A DNA stretch of 64,000 nucleotides from Candidatus Eiseniibacteriota bacterium (GCA_963703225.1 OY969801.1:736001-800000), one strand, 5' to 3'. Shown: positions 34,156 through 44,827, counted from the first letter of the stretch. The notes: generated by a model from the sequence alone, not told the origin. Program-made: numbers and translations.

Positions 34156-34198
34156 TCATGCAGACCGCGGCTCAGCGGTAGGGCGGAGTTTGCAGATT
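34156..34198. promoter_or_regulatory. Putative enhancer (UAS) boxes
   Basis: Same two boxes as at 31277-31319. Confidence 0.65.
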
Positions 34199-34246
34199 CC
34201 TGTGCCAGGGACCCTGCCTGAGGGCCCCGTAGCTCAGGTTGGGAGC

Positions 34247-34468
34247 CTACTTCTCCCGCATTTCAAACGACAGCGCGCCCGAGGGGCAGCGCTTGACCTG
34301 CTCGGCGATCGCCTCGGCCGAAGCGGCCCCGACGTTGATCCAGGGCCGCTTCCCGACGTCGAACACCGCCCGCAACCCCCGGACGCAGACTCCCGAATGG
34401 ATGCAGATCTTGGGGTCGAATCGCACGATGATCGCGTCGTTCTTGTACTCCTGGAGCGGCGATTTCAC
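34247..34468 (-). CDS. Small divergent 4Fe-4S cluster protein (Fer4_19-like)
   Basis: CIHSGVCVRGL.AVF....RPWI......CPSGALS; GTG overlaps the upstream stop. Confidence 0.85.
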   Translation of the reverse strand: MKSPLQEYKNDAIIVRFDPKICIHSGVCVRGLRAVFDVGKRPWINVGAASAEAIAEQVKRCPSGALSFEMREK

Positions 34469-35001
34469 TTCGCGAGCCCGATCTGCTGCATGTACGAGTG
34501 GTTGTCCCAGAAGAGGTACTCCTCGTCCATCACCCCGTCTTTCCAATGTCCCACGGTGCACATCTGGAGCTTGAACGGCTTCCCGGTGGGCGGAATCGAC
34601 TTGCCGTTTCCCGCGGGCATGGGCCGCGTGAAGGTGCCCTCCATGACCCCGATCACGCTGGTCCAGTCTCCGGCCCCAAACTTGACCGGATGCTCCTTGA
34701 TGCGCGTATCCGGCGCGTAGACGAACATCGCCTTCAGGTCCTCGATGTGCCTCTCGATGCCCTCGGTCTGGTGCCCGTCGGGCCAGTGGACGACGATATC
34801 TTTGGAGTGGCTCTCTTGGAGCCGATCCCACTTCTGGTTCGTGAAAACGTCGAAATCCAGGTTGTCGAAGGTCACGATGTGATCGCTGACGGCCTTTTCG
34901 GCGGCCTCGTATTGAAGGAGCTTCGGATCGGGCTTGGTCGCGCAGCCCGCTACGACGACCGATATGATCGCGACCCACGTACCCCAATCCGCGCGACTCA
35001 T
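34465..35001 (-). CDS. SnoaL-like ester cyclase, probable lipoprotein
   Basis: Lipobox VAGC; FDNLDFDVF, VHWPDG, IPPTGKPFKL, EEYLFWDN. Confidence 0.85.
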   Translation of the reverse strand: MSRADWGTWVAIISVVVAGCATKPDPKLLQYEAAEKAVSDHIVTFDNLDFDVFTNQKWDRLQESHSKDIVVHWPDGHQTEGIERHIEDLKAMFVYAPDTRIKEHPVKFGAGDWTSVIGVMEGTFTRPMPAGNGKSIPPTGKPFKLQMCTVGHWKDGVMDEEYLFWDNHSYMQQIGLAK

Positions 35002-35282
35002 GATCTCTCACCTTCCTTGGATCGACGGTGCGCCCAAAAATCAGCGGACGACAGCACCGGGGTCACTTCGAACCTCATGAGATCGTCCCACTTGGCGAAC
35101 CAGGGCTTGAGCGACTCCGGCGTGGGCGCCTCCATGAGCTGGTAGCAAATCGTCCCCGCCGGATCGAGCCAGCTGGCGACGTAGGAAACGCCGGGAGGCT
35201 CCATGCGCCCCTTTTCGCGGAATCGCACGCCGACGGCATCGATCGCACCCTTGTTGAAATGTTCGACCACCATGAGGAGCAT
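34998..35282 (-). CDS. DUF3303-like small protein
   Basis: MVVEHF...RFREKGRM.P.GV.YVASW....CYQLMEA.....W...W.DL..FEV.PV. Confidence 0.75.
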   Translation of the reverse strand: MLLMVVEHFNKGAIDAVGVRFREKGRMEPPGVSYVASWLDPAGTICYQLMEAPTPESLKPWFAKWDDLMRFEVTPVLSSADFWAHRRSKEGERS

Positions 35283-35310
35283 GGAAGTGCAGCGACCTCC
35301 TTTCGGTACC

Positions 35311-36036
35311 CTAGGATCTCGTCTTCCCTGGCGGCTCGGCGCGCGCCAGCTCTCCCAAATTTCGCACCACCCGGCGCATCAGCATCGCCCCCATCGACAA
35401 CGCCGCCGCCGAGCCGAGTATGTCGAATACGGTAACCCCGCGGCCGATGACGTGGAAGGGTAGCGGGCCGATCGTCAGGGCGAGCACGTTGAGGCCGAAC
35501 AGGATGATTCGTGCCTCCGTCGGTCCCGTCACGCCGTACCCATACCGAAACTTGCCGAACACGTGGGTCTCTAGATACACGTTGATCGAGAGAATGAGAT
35601 AGGCGATCACGATCGCCAGGCCGACCGCGAGAAGCATGAATGGAGAGAAACCGAGACCCAGTCCGATCACCGTCGTGGAGTAGGCGTCGGTGAGGTGGTC
35701 AAGGTAGAAGCCGTAGCGCGGGCGCTCGGTCTTCCGCACGCGGGCCAGGGTGCCGTCCAGGCTGTCGCCGAACCAGTGGACCAGAAGCCCGAAGTTGGAC
35801 AGCCAAAGCCAGTGGACGCTTCGGTTGGAGAGGCCGTACCCGGCGGTGATGATCGTCGCGCCCAGGATCCCGACCGCGGTCAGATGGTCGGGCAGGACCC
35901 ACCGGGGCAACGCCGCGGCCAGGCGAGGCAGCGCCCAGCGCTCGAACCGCGTCGTGATGAAGGTGGATTGCCGTTCCGCCTTGTCCTTCTTCGCCTCGGG
36001 CGCGCTCACGGCAGTCTTAGCGTCGGAATCTGCCAT
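35311..36036 (-). CDS. CDP-alcohol phosphatidyltransferase family protein
   Basis: GDSLDGTLAR.R...RPRYGFYLDHLTD signature. Confidence 0.9.
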   Translation of the reverse strand: MADSDAKTAVSAPEAKKDKAERQSTFITTRFERWALPRLAAALPRWVLPDHLTAVGILGATIITAGYGLSNRSVHWLWLSNFGLLVHWFGDSLDGTLARVRKTERPRYGFYLDHLTDAYSTTVIGLGLGFSPFMLLAVGLAIVIAYLILSINVYLETHVFGKFRYGYGVTGPTEARIILFGLNVLALTIGPLPFHVIGRGVTVFDILGSAAALSMGAMLMRRVVRNLGELARAEPPGKTRS

Positions 36037-36165
36037 AGCCGCCGATTATCCGCCCCCTCAACCACGCGTCAAGGGTTCCCTGGCAAGCCGCGGCCCCGCG
36101 CGCTAAAGTCATGGTTCGCGGTCCGCGCGCCATCGCTCGTGGCCGGGGCTTGCGAGAATCCAACC

Positions 36166-37191
36166 ATGCGACCACCCTACAGACCCCAGCGGATCCTCCT
36201 GACGGGCGCCACCGGCGCCCTCGGCCGTCTGATCCTCCCGGCGCTGACCCGCCTGGGGGTGCCGGTCCGCGCGCTCACCCACAAGGGGAGCCCGTCCATT
36301 TCGGCGCTTCGGATCGCGGAGCTTCGGGATGGGGACTTGGAGCGGCCGCTCAGCCTTCACGGGATCGCCGACGGCTGCGACGTCGTCGTCCACGCCGCCA
36401 CGAGGCCCGGGTTCACGAGCCTGGATCGGCGCCGTCAGCGCCGGATCCACGTGGATGGAACCGAAGCCGTGCTGCGCGAGAGCCAGAGCGCGGGCGCCAA
36501 GATCTTCATCCTCCTGGGATATACGGGCACGATTCAAGAACGCGCGGACACCGGGACCCCCATTGACGAGGAGACGCCGCCCGAGGCGGAGTACCAGTCG
36601 GACTCGGTGCGGATGATCTATGAGGCGGAGGCGCTCGTGCTGGAGGCGAACCGCCAGACCTCGCTCCGGACGATGGTCGTGAGCCAGGGCGTCCTCGCGT
36701 CGCCCGGTGTGCCGACCGCCTTGGGCGGGCTCATCGTGACATTTCTCCGCCGTGAGCTGCCGTTTCGGATGCTGGACGAGGTCTGGCTGGCGCCGAGCGA
36801 CGGTGGGGACATTGGGAGATGTGTCGCGGCCGCCATCGAGCAGGGGCACGGGGGAAGGCGGTACTTCGCGACTGGTGAGTGCCTTCGTCTGGGCGACCTT
36901 TACAACCGGATGGCGAGGCTCACGGGGGTTGCCGCGCCGCGCCGGCGGCTTCCGGACCTGCTGGCGGAGGAGCTCGGCCATCTGACGCCGGTCCTTCCCG
37001 CCCACTCCTTCCTCCGCCAGCTCGTGTTGCCGCGCGAGCTGGTGCTCCATCTCCTCAGGCTCGCGCCCCTCACGAACGCGCGAACGCGCGCGGAGCTGGG
37101 TTTCGCGCCCACGGCCCTCGACGATCTGATTCTGAGATTTGCGCGGACCGAAGGAGTGCTACCCGGGCACCTGGCTGGCGCCGCGGGCTGA
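36166..37191 (+). CDS. NAD-dependent epimerase/dehydratase (atypical SDR)
   Basis: ILLTGATGALG Rossmann motif, GCDVVVHAA, ARTRAELGF. Confidence 0.85.
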   Translation: MRPPYRPQRILLTGATGALGRLILPALTRLGVPVRALTHKGSPSISALRIAELRDGDLERPLSLHGIADGCDVVVHAATRPGFTSLDRRRQRRIHVDGTEAVLRESQSAGAKIFILLGYTGTIQERADTGTPIDEETPPEAEYQSDSVRMIYEAEALVLEANRQTSLRTMVVSQGVLASPGVPTALGGLIVTFLRRELPFRMLDEVWLAPSDGGDIGRCVAAAIEQGHGGRRYFATGECLRLGDLYNRMARLTGVAAPRRRLPDLLAEELGHLTPVLPAHSFLRQLVLPRELVLHLLRLAPLTNARTRAELGFAPTALDDLILRFARTEGVLPGHLAGAAG

Positions 37192-39606
37192 GCGGGCGCG
37201 GGACGCGTCGAGGATCTCGCGCACCTTCCGCGCGAACGTGAGCTGCGTGTAAGGCTTCTCGAGGAAATGGAACCCCGCGGCTTCCGAGCCCTTGGCGAGC
37301 GCGGAATCGCGCGTGTAGCCGGAGACGAACAAGATCGGCAAGCCGGGGCAGATCTCCCGAACCCGCTCGGCCAGCTCGCGCCCTCCCATCTCCGGCATCA
37401 CGACGTCGGTCACCAACACCGCGACCGATGCTTTCTCCCGCTCCAGCACGCGGAGGGCTCCGCTGGGACCTGGCGCGCCCAGGACACGATAGCCCAGCTC
37501 GGTCAACGCCTCGCTGGCCAAGGTCAACAGGCTGGGATCGTCTTCGACCAGCATGACGGTCTCGGTCCCGGCGGGGAACGCCACGGGTGAAGGCACCGGG
37601 GGAGCGTCGCGCTCCACGTCGCTCACCTCGGGAAGCAGAACCTCGAATTCGGCTCCGCGATGGGGCTCGCTGATCGCGCGCACGCGCCCGCCGTGCTGGC
37701 TCACGATCCCATAGACCGTCGCGAGGCCGAGGCCCGTCCCGCGGCCCGGCTCCTTCGTCGTGAAGAAGGGCTCGAAGATGTGCTCCAGCACCGTCGGGGC
37801 GATCCCCACACCCGTGTCCGAGACCCGCATGCGCACATAGGCGCCCGGGACGACGTCGGCGCCGACCGGTAGCTCTCCCGATTCAACCTGGACCCGATCG
37901 GTCCGGATGGTGATGACCCCGCCTTGGGGCATGGCGTCGCGCGCGTTCACCACGAGGTTCACGATCACCTGCTCGAGCTGGGCCGGGTCGACCCGCACGC
38001 GGCCGATGGAGTCGGAGAGCTGAATCTGGAACCGGATGTTTTCGCCCACCAATCGCCGGACCATCTCCTCCAGATTCCGGATGGCGGCGTTCAAATCTAC
38101 GATCCGCGGCTGGGTGGTGGCGCGGCGGCTGAAGGCCAGGAGCTGACGCGTCAGAGCCGCGGCGCGCTCGCCGCCCTTTCGTATCTCTTCCACAGCCGGC
38201 CGCGAGGGGTCGGCTTTGGAAATTCGACCGAGCAGGAGATCGGCGTAGCCCAGGACCGCGGTCAGGATGTTGTTGAAGTCATGCGCCACGCCTCCGGCGA
38301 GCTGCCCGACAGCCTCCATCTTCTGCGCGTGGCGGAACTGCTCTTCCAGCACCACGCGCTCGGTCACGTCCACCTCGATCCCGTCGACATGGATGATCCC
38401 GTCGGCTTCCAGCCGGGGCGTGAGGCGGCTCCGATGCCAGCGCCAGATGCCCCTCGACGTCTCGTAGCGGATCTCGACCGACGCGGGTTGAAGCTTGAGG
38501 AGCTGCTTCAGCGCGGGAACGGCGATATTCTGCGCGTCGTCCGGGTGGACGCGTCGGAGCCAGAAATTGGGATCTTGGTCCAGCTCGCGGGCCGGGATGC
38601 CGTAAAGCGCCTCGGCGCCCCGCGAGACGTACTCGTACCGGAGGATCCGCGCGTTCGGGTCGAGCGTGAAGGTGAAGAGCGCGGCGTCCAGGTTCCGCGC
38701 GATGGCCGCCTCGCGATCCATCGCGAGGCGCTGCTCGACCAGCGCGCGCTCTCGATCGGTGACGTCGCGAAAGCTCCAAACCCGCCCCACGATCTCGTTC
38801 TCCAGCCGCTGGGGCAAGGAGTACCGCTCGAACACGCGCCCGTCGCGGAATCGAAGCGTGTCGAAGCTCTCCGCTTCCGGCGTCGCGTACAATTTCCGGA
38901 CTTTCGAGAGGAAGTGCTCCGGGTCCTCGAGCTGCGAGGTCACGAACGTGAGGGCTCGCTCGTCGTCTCGACCCTGGAGAATCTCGGACGGGATTCTCCA
39001 CATGCGCGCGAAGCGCTCGTTGAAGCGGACGATGTGCCCTTCGCGGTCCACGACCAGGAGCCCGTCCGCGGTCGACTCGAGCGCTGCTTCCAATAGGGAG
39101 AGCGCATTGTACCGCTCCGCCTCGTCTTCCTGGCGCGCCGTGATGTCGCGGACGATGCCAAAGCCTTCGACAAAGCGGCCGTCCTTGTCGAGGATCGGAT
39201 GCGTGGTGACGAGCACTTGGAGACCGCTGCCGTCGCGGCGGCGGAGCAGGGTCTCGAACCGGGTGGCTTCGCCCCGAAGCCCCTTGGCAAACGCGTCCAT
39301 CGCCGCTTCCATCGATTCGGGCGGCGTGAAATCCCGGAAGTGGCGGCCCACAATTTCTTCCGGCTCGTAGCCCAACATCTCGGCCATCGAGCGGTTGATC
39401 TCCAGGGTCACGCCTTGAGGATCGACGCGCCAGAGGCCCTCGGGGGAGTTGGCGAGGAGCGCGCCGAGGCGCGCCGCCGAGGCCTCGTTGGATCCCCTCG
39501 CCTCGCGCTTCCACTTCCGAACGCGGACAAGGAGACCGACGATGACGGCGACCGCGATGACGGCGATCGCGATGGTAGCCGGTGCGGCGAGTGGGCCGGC
39601 CGTCAC
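37159..39606 (-). CDS. PAS-domain hybrid histidine kinase/receiver (CckA-like)
   Basis: Three PAS domains; [43 protein letters not shown]-terminal TDVVMP receiver. Confidence 0.93.
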   Translation of the reverse strand: MTAGPLAAPATIAIAVIAVAVIVGLLVRVRKWKREARGSNEASAARLGALLANSPEGLWRVDPQGVTLEINRSMAEMLGYEPEEIVGRHFRDFTPPESMEAAMDAFAKGLRGEATRFETLLRRRDGSGLQVLVTTHPILDKDGRFVEGFGIVRDITARQEDEAERYNALSLLEAALESTADGLLVVDREGHIVRFNERFARMWRIPSEILQGRDDERALTFVTSQLEDPEHFLSKVRKLYATPEAESFDTLRFRDGRVFERYSLPQRLENEIVGRVWSFRDVTDRERALVEQRLAMDREAAIARNLDAALFTFTLDPNARILRYEYVSRGAEALYGIPARELDQDPNFWLRRVHPDDAQNIAVPALKQLLKLQPASVEIRYETSRGIWRWHRSRLTPRLEADGIIHVDGIEVDVTERVVLEEQFRHAQKMEAVGQLAGGVAHDFNNILTAVLGYADLLLGRISKADPSRPAVEEIRKGGERAAALTRQLLAFSRRATTQPRIVDLNAAIRNLEEMVRRLVGENIRFQIQLSDSIGRVRVDPAQLEQVIVNLVVNARDAMPQGGVITIRTDRVQVESGELPVGADVVPGAYVRMRVSDTGVGIAPTVLEHIFEPFFTTKEPGRGTGLGLATVYGIVSQHGGRVRAISEPHRGAEFEVLLPEVSDVERDAPPVPSPVAFPAGTETVMLVEDDPSLLTLASEALTELGYRVLGAPGPSGALRVLEREKASVAVLVTDVVMPEMGGRELAERVREICPGLPILFVSGYTRDSALAKGSEAAGFHFLEKPYTQLTFARKVREILDASRARSARGASQVPG

Positions 39607-41159
39607 TTCTTGTCTGTCGGGGTCTCGGGCGCCTCGCCTTCCGGTGCCGGTGGCGCCTGCCCCTCAGGGGTCGGCGGCATCTTGGGTTCGAGACCCGGTG
39701 CGGGTGGAACCGGCGTGGAGCCGAACGACTCGCGGCGAACCTTCTCCTTATAAAGCACGTTCATGTTCATCACGCGGAAGTCGACACGCCGGTTGATCGC
39801 GCGATTCGCCGACGACGTATTCGGCACGAGCGGATCGGTGTCGCCGTATCCCGTAATCCAATAGCTCTTGGCGTTGAGCTTCGGATAGGTGCGGAACAGA
39901 TACTGGAGCACGGCGCGCGCCCGCATCTGGGACAGCGGGATCCGATAGCCGGCCTCCGGCTGGTCATCCACATGGACGCCGATCTCCACTTTCACCATCG
40001 GCCACTGGAGGAGCACCGTCGCGACGGAGTCGAGCCGAGCCATGGCCTGGGGCTTGAGTACCGTTGAATCGGGCGGGAACTCGAGATCGGTGAGCCGGAT
40101 CATCCAGTCGTCGACCAACTTCCGCTCGAAGGGCAAGAGCGTGATGGCGCAGCCGCCCGCGTTCACCGCGGTCCCCGCCGGAGTGAAGGGGCAGGTGTCG
40201 ACGCCGTCGGGTACGCCGTCGCCGTCGTTGTCGAGCGGACAGCCGCTGACGTCAACCACCGAGCCGGCGGGCGTGTCGGGGCACTTGTCGAGGCCGTCGA
40301 AGACCTTGTCGCCATCGGAGTCGAGGCCGCAGCCCTTGGCGTCCACCACCACCCCAACCACGGTGGAGTCGCACTGGTCGATGCCGTCCGGCACGCCGTC
40401 CTTGTCGGAATCGATGGCGACCCCGCTCAGATCGACCTTGGCGCCCAGTGGCGTCGCGGGGCTCTTGTCGAGGCCGTCAAAGACCCCGTCCTTGTCGGTG
40501 TCGAGAGGCGTCCCGGTCGCGTCCACGACCGCGCCGCGAGGCGTGCCGGGGCTCTTGTCGGCCTTGTCTGGAACTCCATCCTCGTCGGAGTCGCGGGGAC
40601 GTCCCATCCAAAACGCGGTGACGCTCCCGGAGATGATGATGTCGTTGACGCGGGTATCGCGCCCGAGGCCGCCCACCTGGTCGTAGGTGATTCCTCGCCC
40701 GTCCAGCCGGAACCCAAATCGCTCGCCCGCTCTGGCGATGATGCCGACCCCAACATGAATGGCGGAGTTGCTCTTGGTGGTCGGGGCGCCGAGATCAATC
40801 TTCGCCGAACCGTATCCGGCGTAGAGATAGGGGAGGGTCCAGCGGTTCTTGTCGGGCGTCAGGATGAGTCCCCCCCCGAAGTGCGTGAAGGTCGACTTGC
40901 CGACGTAGGGCTCCTCGACGCTGGGATGGGAATAGTAGTAGAGGCCCTCCAGCCCAATCGACCGATTGAGGAAGTAGGACGCCCTGGCGTCGTACCCCAC
41001 GTTGTCCTTGAGGCCCTGCTCGGGGTCGTAAAAGGTGGCCCCGGCTCCGACCGAAACCCACGCCTTCTCTTCGACCGCCTCGACGGCCGGGGCGGCCGTC
41101 AGGAGGGCCAAAGCGAGGAGGGCGGGCAGTCGAAGGGCTCGGGTCAGGGGTGAAGCCAT
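39603..41159 (-). CDS. OmpA-family protein: OM barrel, thrombospondin type-3 repeats, OmpA C-terminal domain
   Basis: Repeats D.DGDGV.D..D.CP.TP.G..VD..GC; LSQMRARAV..YL, NRRVDF. Confidence 0.9.
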   Translation of the reverse strand: MASPLTRALRLPALLALALLTAAPAVEAVEEKAWVSVGAGATFYDPEQGLKDNVGYDARASYFLNRSIGLEGLYYYSHPSVEEPYVGKSTFTHFGGGLILTPDKNRWTLPYLYAGYGSAKIDLGAPTTKSNSAIHVGVGIIARAGERFGFRLDGRGITYDQVGGLGRDTRVNDIIISGSVTAFWMGRPRDSDEDGVPDKADKSPGTPRGAVVDATGTPLDTDKDGVFDGLDKSPATPLGAKVDLSGVAIDSDKDGVPDGIDQCDSTVVGVVVDAKGCGLDSDGDKVFDGLDKCPDTPAGSVVDVSGCPLDNDGDGVPDGVDTCPFTPAGTAVNAGGCAITLLPFERKLVDDWMIRLTDLEFPPDSTVLKPQAMARLDSVATVLLQWPMVKVEIGVHVDDQPEAGYRIPLSQMRARAVLQYLFRTYPKLNAKSYWITGYGDTDPLVPNTSSANRAINRRVDFRVMNMNVLYKEKVRRESFGSTPVPPAPGLEPKMPPTPEGQAPPAPEGEAPETPTDKK

Positions 41160-41307
41160 GCTGTTCCTCCGGAGACCGACAGGACGGGGAAAAGAGTCGG
41201 CGGAGTCTGGCGGTTTTTCGCCCCTATGTCAACAATCTGCTATACTTTGAGCCTGTCCCGCCCGGGCCCAGGAGGGCCCCCGGGCTCACCCACGCAAGGA
41301 GAAATGA

Positions 41308-41754
41308 TTGCTGGAGCAGCGCCTCGAGCAGGACATGAAGGCCGCCCTGAAGGCCGGCGAGCACGCGCGCCTCTCCACGATCCGGATGATGCGGAGCCAA
41401 ATCCTTCTCGAGAAGAAGAAGGATGCCTCTCGGACGACCCTGACCGACGACGAGGTGATCACCGTGATCGGCTCCTATGCGAAGAAGCTTCGGGAATCGG
41501 CGGCGGAATATGAGAAGCTCGGTCGTGCCGCCGAGGCGGGCAAGATTCGCGAAGAACTGGGCGTCGTGCAGGGGTACCTTCCCCAGCAGCTGACCGAAGC
41601 GGAAGCGCGGGAACTGGTGAAAGGCGCGTTGGCCGAGCTTGGAATCACGTCGGTCAAGGAGTTCGGCCGGGCGATGAAGGAAGTTCAAGCGCGCGCCAAG
41701 GGCAGGGCGGACGGCAAGCTCATGAGCGAGATCGTCCGATCGATGCTCGACTGA
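41308..41754 (+). CDS. GatB/YqeY domain protein
   Basis: DMKAALKAG...RLSTIRM, YLPQQL, FGRAMK...KGRADGK. Confidence 0.92.
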   Translation: MLEQRLEQDMKAALKAGEHARLSTIRMMRSQILLEKKKDASRTTLTDDEVITVIGSYAKKLRESAAEYEKLGRAAEAGKIREELGVVQGYLPQQLTEAEARELVKGALAELGITSVKEFGRAMKEVQARAKGRADGKLMSEIVRSMLD

Positions 41755-41803
41755 TCCACCCCATCGAGCGCATGGAACGAACCCGTATGACTGAAGGAAA
41801 GCG

Positions 41804-43306
41804 ATGATGCGCCCCCCCAATCGGCGGCGCGGGCCGCGCACGAACCAGGGTACTGGTCCTCCACCTCGTCCCGGTCGAGGGCCTCGACCCGGGCCGCCGC
41901 CGCGCGCGGGTCAGCCGCCAAGGCCGGGCGTTCGCCCTCGGCGCGATCGGCCGACCGGCGGACCGCCGCCCATCAAAGAGCATCCGCAGTACGGGACCCG
42001 GATTCCGCCAGAGGAGCTGGAGCTGATGCGGCAGCTGGCGCAGGAGACCGCGCGCGGCTCCCGATCGCAGCCCTACATGCAACGCAGACCGCTGGGAAGC
42101 TCCGGACCGCGCCCTCAGGCGCCCCGAGGCCCTGGATTTGTCCGGGGCGCGGCGATGCCGAGGCCCAGTTCGCAGCCCGGGCCCATGGGCCCGCGCCCCG
42201 ATCGGCCCCGCCGCGACCGTCCGCCGCAGGGGCCGCGAAAGCCTTACCGGACCGGGGTGCAGAGCGCGGGGGAGGGACCGCCTCGCCCATCGCCGTTGCC
42301 GGAAGAGCCGGCGCTCGGACGCATCCGGTCGCTCCTCTCGGGATACCAGATCACGGCCGCGGTCCACGCGGCGTTCGCCAACGGCATTTTCACCGAGCTC
42401 CATCGCAATCCCCAAGGCGCGTCGGATGTCGCGCGCGCCTGCGCCATCGATCCGCGCGGGACGGAGCTCTTGCTGGACGTGCTCGTGGCGGTGGGAGTCT
42501 TGCATCGACACGGCCCGACCTTCGTCGTCCCACGCGACCTCGCGACCTACCTGGTTCCGGGCTTGGACGGCGACGCGACCGGGTTGATCGAGTCGACGCC
42601 GGACTTGATGAGCGCCTGGACCGACTTCGCCCGGGGCTTGAAGGAGGGGAAGCCGAGCTATCGCCTCACCAGCGACGCTCTGCTCGCAGGCGATCCCGAG
42701 CGGGTCCGCCGCTACATCCGTGCGGTTCACACGAACAGCCGGGAGGCGGCGAGGCGCGTGGCGGAGATGTCGCCTCTTCTCCCGGGGACGAGCCTGCTCG
42801 ACGTCGGTGGGGGCTCGGGGATTTTCGCGGCGGAGTACGCGCGGCGCACGCCGGACCTCAAAGCCCATCTCTTCGATCTGCCGCCGACGTTGGAGGTGGC
42901 GCGGACCATTCTTCGGGCCGAGGGGTTGGAAGACGCGGTCGAATACGCTCCGGGCGACTACCGGCACGACCCATTCCCGGGCCCGGTCGACTCGATCTTG
43001 ATCTCGAACGTGTTCCAGACCGAGAGCGAGGAGACGTCGCTCTTGATTCTTCGAAAGGCGCACGAGGCGCTTCGCCCCGGCGGCACGCTCCTCATTCACG
43101 GCTTCATGAGCGAATCGTCCGGCCCGCAGCCGCCGCCGGTCGCCATGATGTCCCTCACGATGTACGTCCGCTTCGACCACGGCCGCGCGTGGAGCGCCGA
43201 GAAGATTCTCGAGTGGCTTGCCCGCGAGCAGTTCGGCGCCCGGTTCATCCGCCCCCTCGGACCGCCGTTCCACACCAAGCTCATCCTCGCCACCCGCCTC
43301 GAGTAG
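41804..43306 (+). CDS. Class I SAM O-methyltransferase (dimerisation + Methyltransf_2) with long Pro/Arg-rich N-terminus
   Basis: LLDVGGGSG, LFDLP, ALRPGGTLLI. Confidence 0.85.
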   Translation: MMRPPNRRRGPRTNQGTGPPPRPGRGPRPGPPPRAGQPPRPGVRPRRDRPTGGPPPIKEHPQYGTRIPPEELELMRQLAQETARGSRSQPYMQRRPLGSSGPRPQAPRGPGFVRGAAMPRPSSQPGPMGPRPDRPRRDRPPQGPRKPYRTGVQSAGEGPPRPSPLPEEPALGRIRSLLSGYQITAAVHAAFANGIFTELHRNPQGASDVARACAIDPRGTELLLDVLVAVGVLHRHGPTFVVPRDLATYLVPGLDGDATGLIESTPDLMSAWTDFARGLKEGKPSYRLTSDALLAGDPERVRRYIRAVHTNSREAARRVAEMSPLLPGTSLLDVGGGSGIFAAEYARRTPDLKAHLFDLPPTLEVARTILRAEGLEDAVEYAPGDYRHDPFPGPVDSILISNVFQTESEETSLLILRKAHEALRPGGTLLIHGFMSESSGPQPPPVAMMSLTMYVRFDHGRAWSAEKILEWLAREQFGARFIRPLGPPFHTKLILATRLE

Positions 43307-43331
43307 CGCCGGGCGAGGAGCCCGCACCGCG

Positions 43332-44234
43332 GTGCCCGAGCTTCCGTTCCTAGAGATATTGGCGGAGAATCTCGCGTCGGCGATCTCCGGCCGTCGCATC
43401 GAATCGATCGAGATCCGCCAGCCCGCGCTCTTGCAGCACCCCAATCCAGCCCCCGAGAGCTTTCAAGGCGAGTACCTGAGTCTTCCGTCCCGAGTGGGGA
43501 AGTACCTCGTGCTCGAGACCGAGTCCCGCCGCGCGATCGTCCTTCATCTGATGCGCCTCGGACGGCTCGCTGTCGTCAAAGCTCCCGCGTCCGCATCGCC
43601 GCCAAGATCCGCGCGGCGCGGAGCGGGCGCCGCCCGGCCGGCGCTCCCCAAGAACGTCTCCGCGCGGATCACCTTCGAGGATGGGAGCAGCCTTCGCCTG
43701 CTGGAGCATGGGACCGAGAAGCGCGCGCGCCTTTGGCTCGCGGATGACGTCGATGCCGTGGCGGAGCTTCGGGAGATCGGCCCCGACCCGACGCGCGGGG
43801 AGCTGACGTTGGAGGCGTTCGCGGCCGCGGCGCGGGCGTCGGTTCGCCAGCTCAAGACCTTCCTCACCGACCAGCGCGCGATCGCCGGGATCGGCAACGG
43901 CCTCTCCGACGAAATCCTCTGGGAGGCGCGCCTCTCGCCGCTTCAGCGCACCGACAACCTGGACGATGGGGAAATGGGACTCCTCTACGATTCGGTCCGC
44001 TCGGTGCTCGAGCGTCAGATCGCGCTACTGCGTGAAAGCGCCGGTGGGGAGCTTCCGCAGAAGGAACCGGTCGAGCATTACGCGGTGCATGACCACAAGG
44101 GGGAGCCTTGTCCCCGTTGCAAGACCCCGGTCGCCTGGGTCTCCTACGCCGAGCGAGACACCTTCTATTGCCCCACCTGCCAGACCGGAGGGGTACCGCT
44201 CAAGGATCGGCGGCTCTCGAAACTGCTTAAGTGA
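43332..44234 (+). CDS. Fpg/Nei-family DNA glycosylase
   Basis: N-terminal (M)PELP, GKYL, H2TH LTDQ..IAGIGN..SDEILW, zinc finger CPRC...YCPTCQ. Confidence 0.92.
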   Translation: MPELPFLEILAENLASAISGRRIESIEIRQPALLQHPNPAPESFQGEYLSLPSRVGKYLVLETESRRAIVLHLMRLGRLAVVKAPASASPPRSARRGAGAARPALPKNVSARITFEDGSSLRLLEHGTEKRARLWLADDVDAVAELREIGPDPTRGELTLEAFAAAARASVRQLKTFLTDQRAIAGIGNGLSDEILWEARLSPLQRTDNLDDGEMGLLYDSVRSVLERQIALLRESAGGELPQKEPVEHYAVHDHKGEPCPRCKTPVAWVSYAERDTFYCPTCQTGGVPLKDRRLSKLLK

Positions 44235-44404
44235 TTTAGGGGATTCGCGTTGGGCCGATTGGAACGCGCCAATAATTTGGATCCGACGTGAAGCGGGGCG
44301 CCCAAGATGCCGAAGTATCGAGGAGTGGCGCTCCGAGGCCCCGGACAGGACCCTTGCGGTGACCGGGATGGCGGAGCATCCTAGAGTCGATGGGGTTCCA
44401 ACGA

Positions 44405-44827
44405 ATGATGAGACGAACGCGAAACGAAGCGGTGCGGCGCTCCCTGGCCTGCCTCCTCTCGGTGGCGGTCCTTGCCGGAATCGTGCACCTTCCTGGCGCG
44501 CCCGCGATGGCCTGCCGCATGGATGAGCCGGTCGCCGCGCCCGCGCCCACCTGTGGTGCGTGCGGTGCCGGCAGCGAGCCAACCAACGTGCCCTCGCTCG
44601 AGGCCGGCTCGTGCTGCCGGTTCGCGGCCCCCGAAGAAGTCTCCACGCTCCCGGTGTGGACCCAATCCTCGCAGCGGCCGCTCGCAGGAGCCGAGCTCCA
44701 GGCGCTCGCGCTGACGACCGGCTCTCCCTCCGAGATCGGTGCCCATACCAACCGCTCCACCCTCGCCCCAGATCGCAGTACCGCCCCACCCGGTAACCAG
44801 AGCCTCTCGACCCACCTCCGCCTCTAG
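44405..44827 (+). CDS. Cys-rich exported leader protein (DUF2946-like) upstream of the cus operon
   Basis: Signal-like N-terminus, CGAC and CC motifs, C-terminal TAPP. Confidence 0.6.
   Translation: MMRRTRNEAVRRSLACLLSVAVLAGIVHLPGAPAMACRMDEPVAAPAPTCGACGAGSEPTNVPSLEAGSCCRFAAPEEVSTLPVWTQSSQRPLAGAELQALALTTGSPSEIGAHTNRSTLAPDRSTAPPGNQSLSTHLRL

Noticed and set aside
34222..34246. GGGCCCCGTAGCTCAGGTTGGGAGC resembles a tRNA 5' end or att site
   Set aside because: No anticodon or T arm and no integrase; better explained as the CCTGAG/CTCAGG hairpin after the Fe-S gene
40150..40600. Periodic DNA repeats that might be a CRISPR or tandem array
   Set aside because: They encode thrombospondin type-3 repeats of the OmpA protein; no CRISPR array or cas genes are seen in the window
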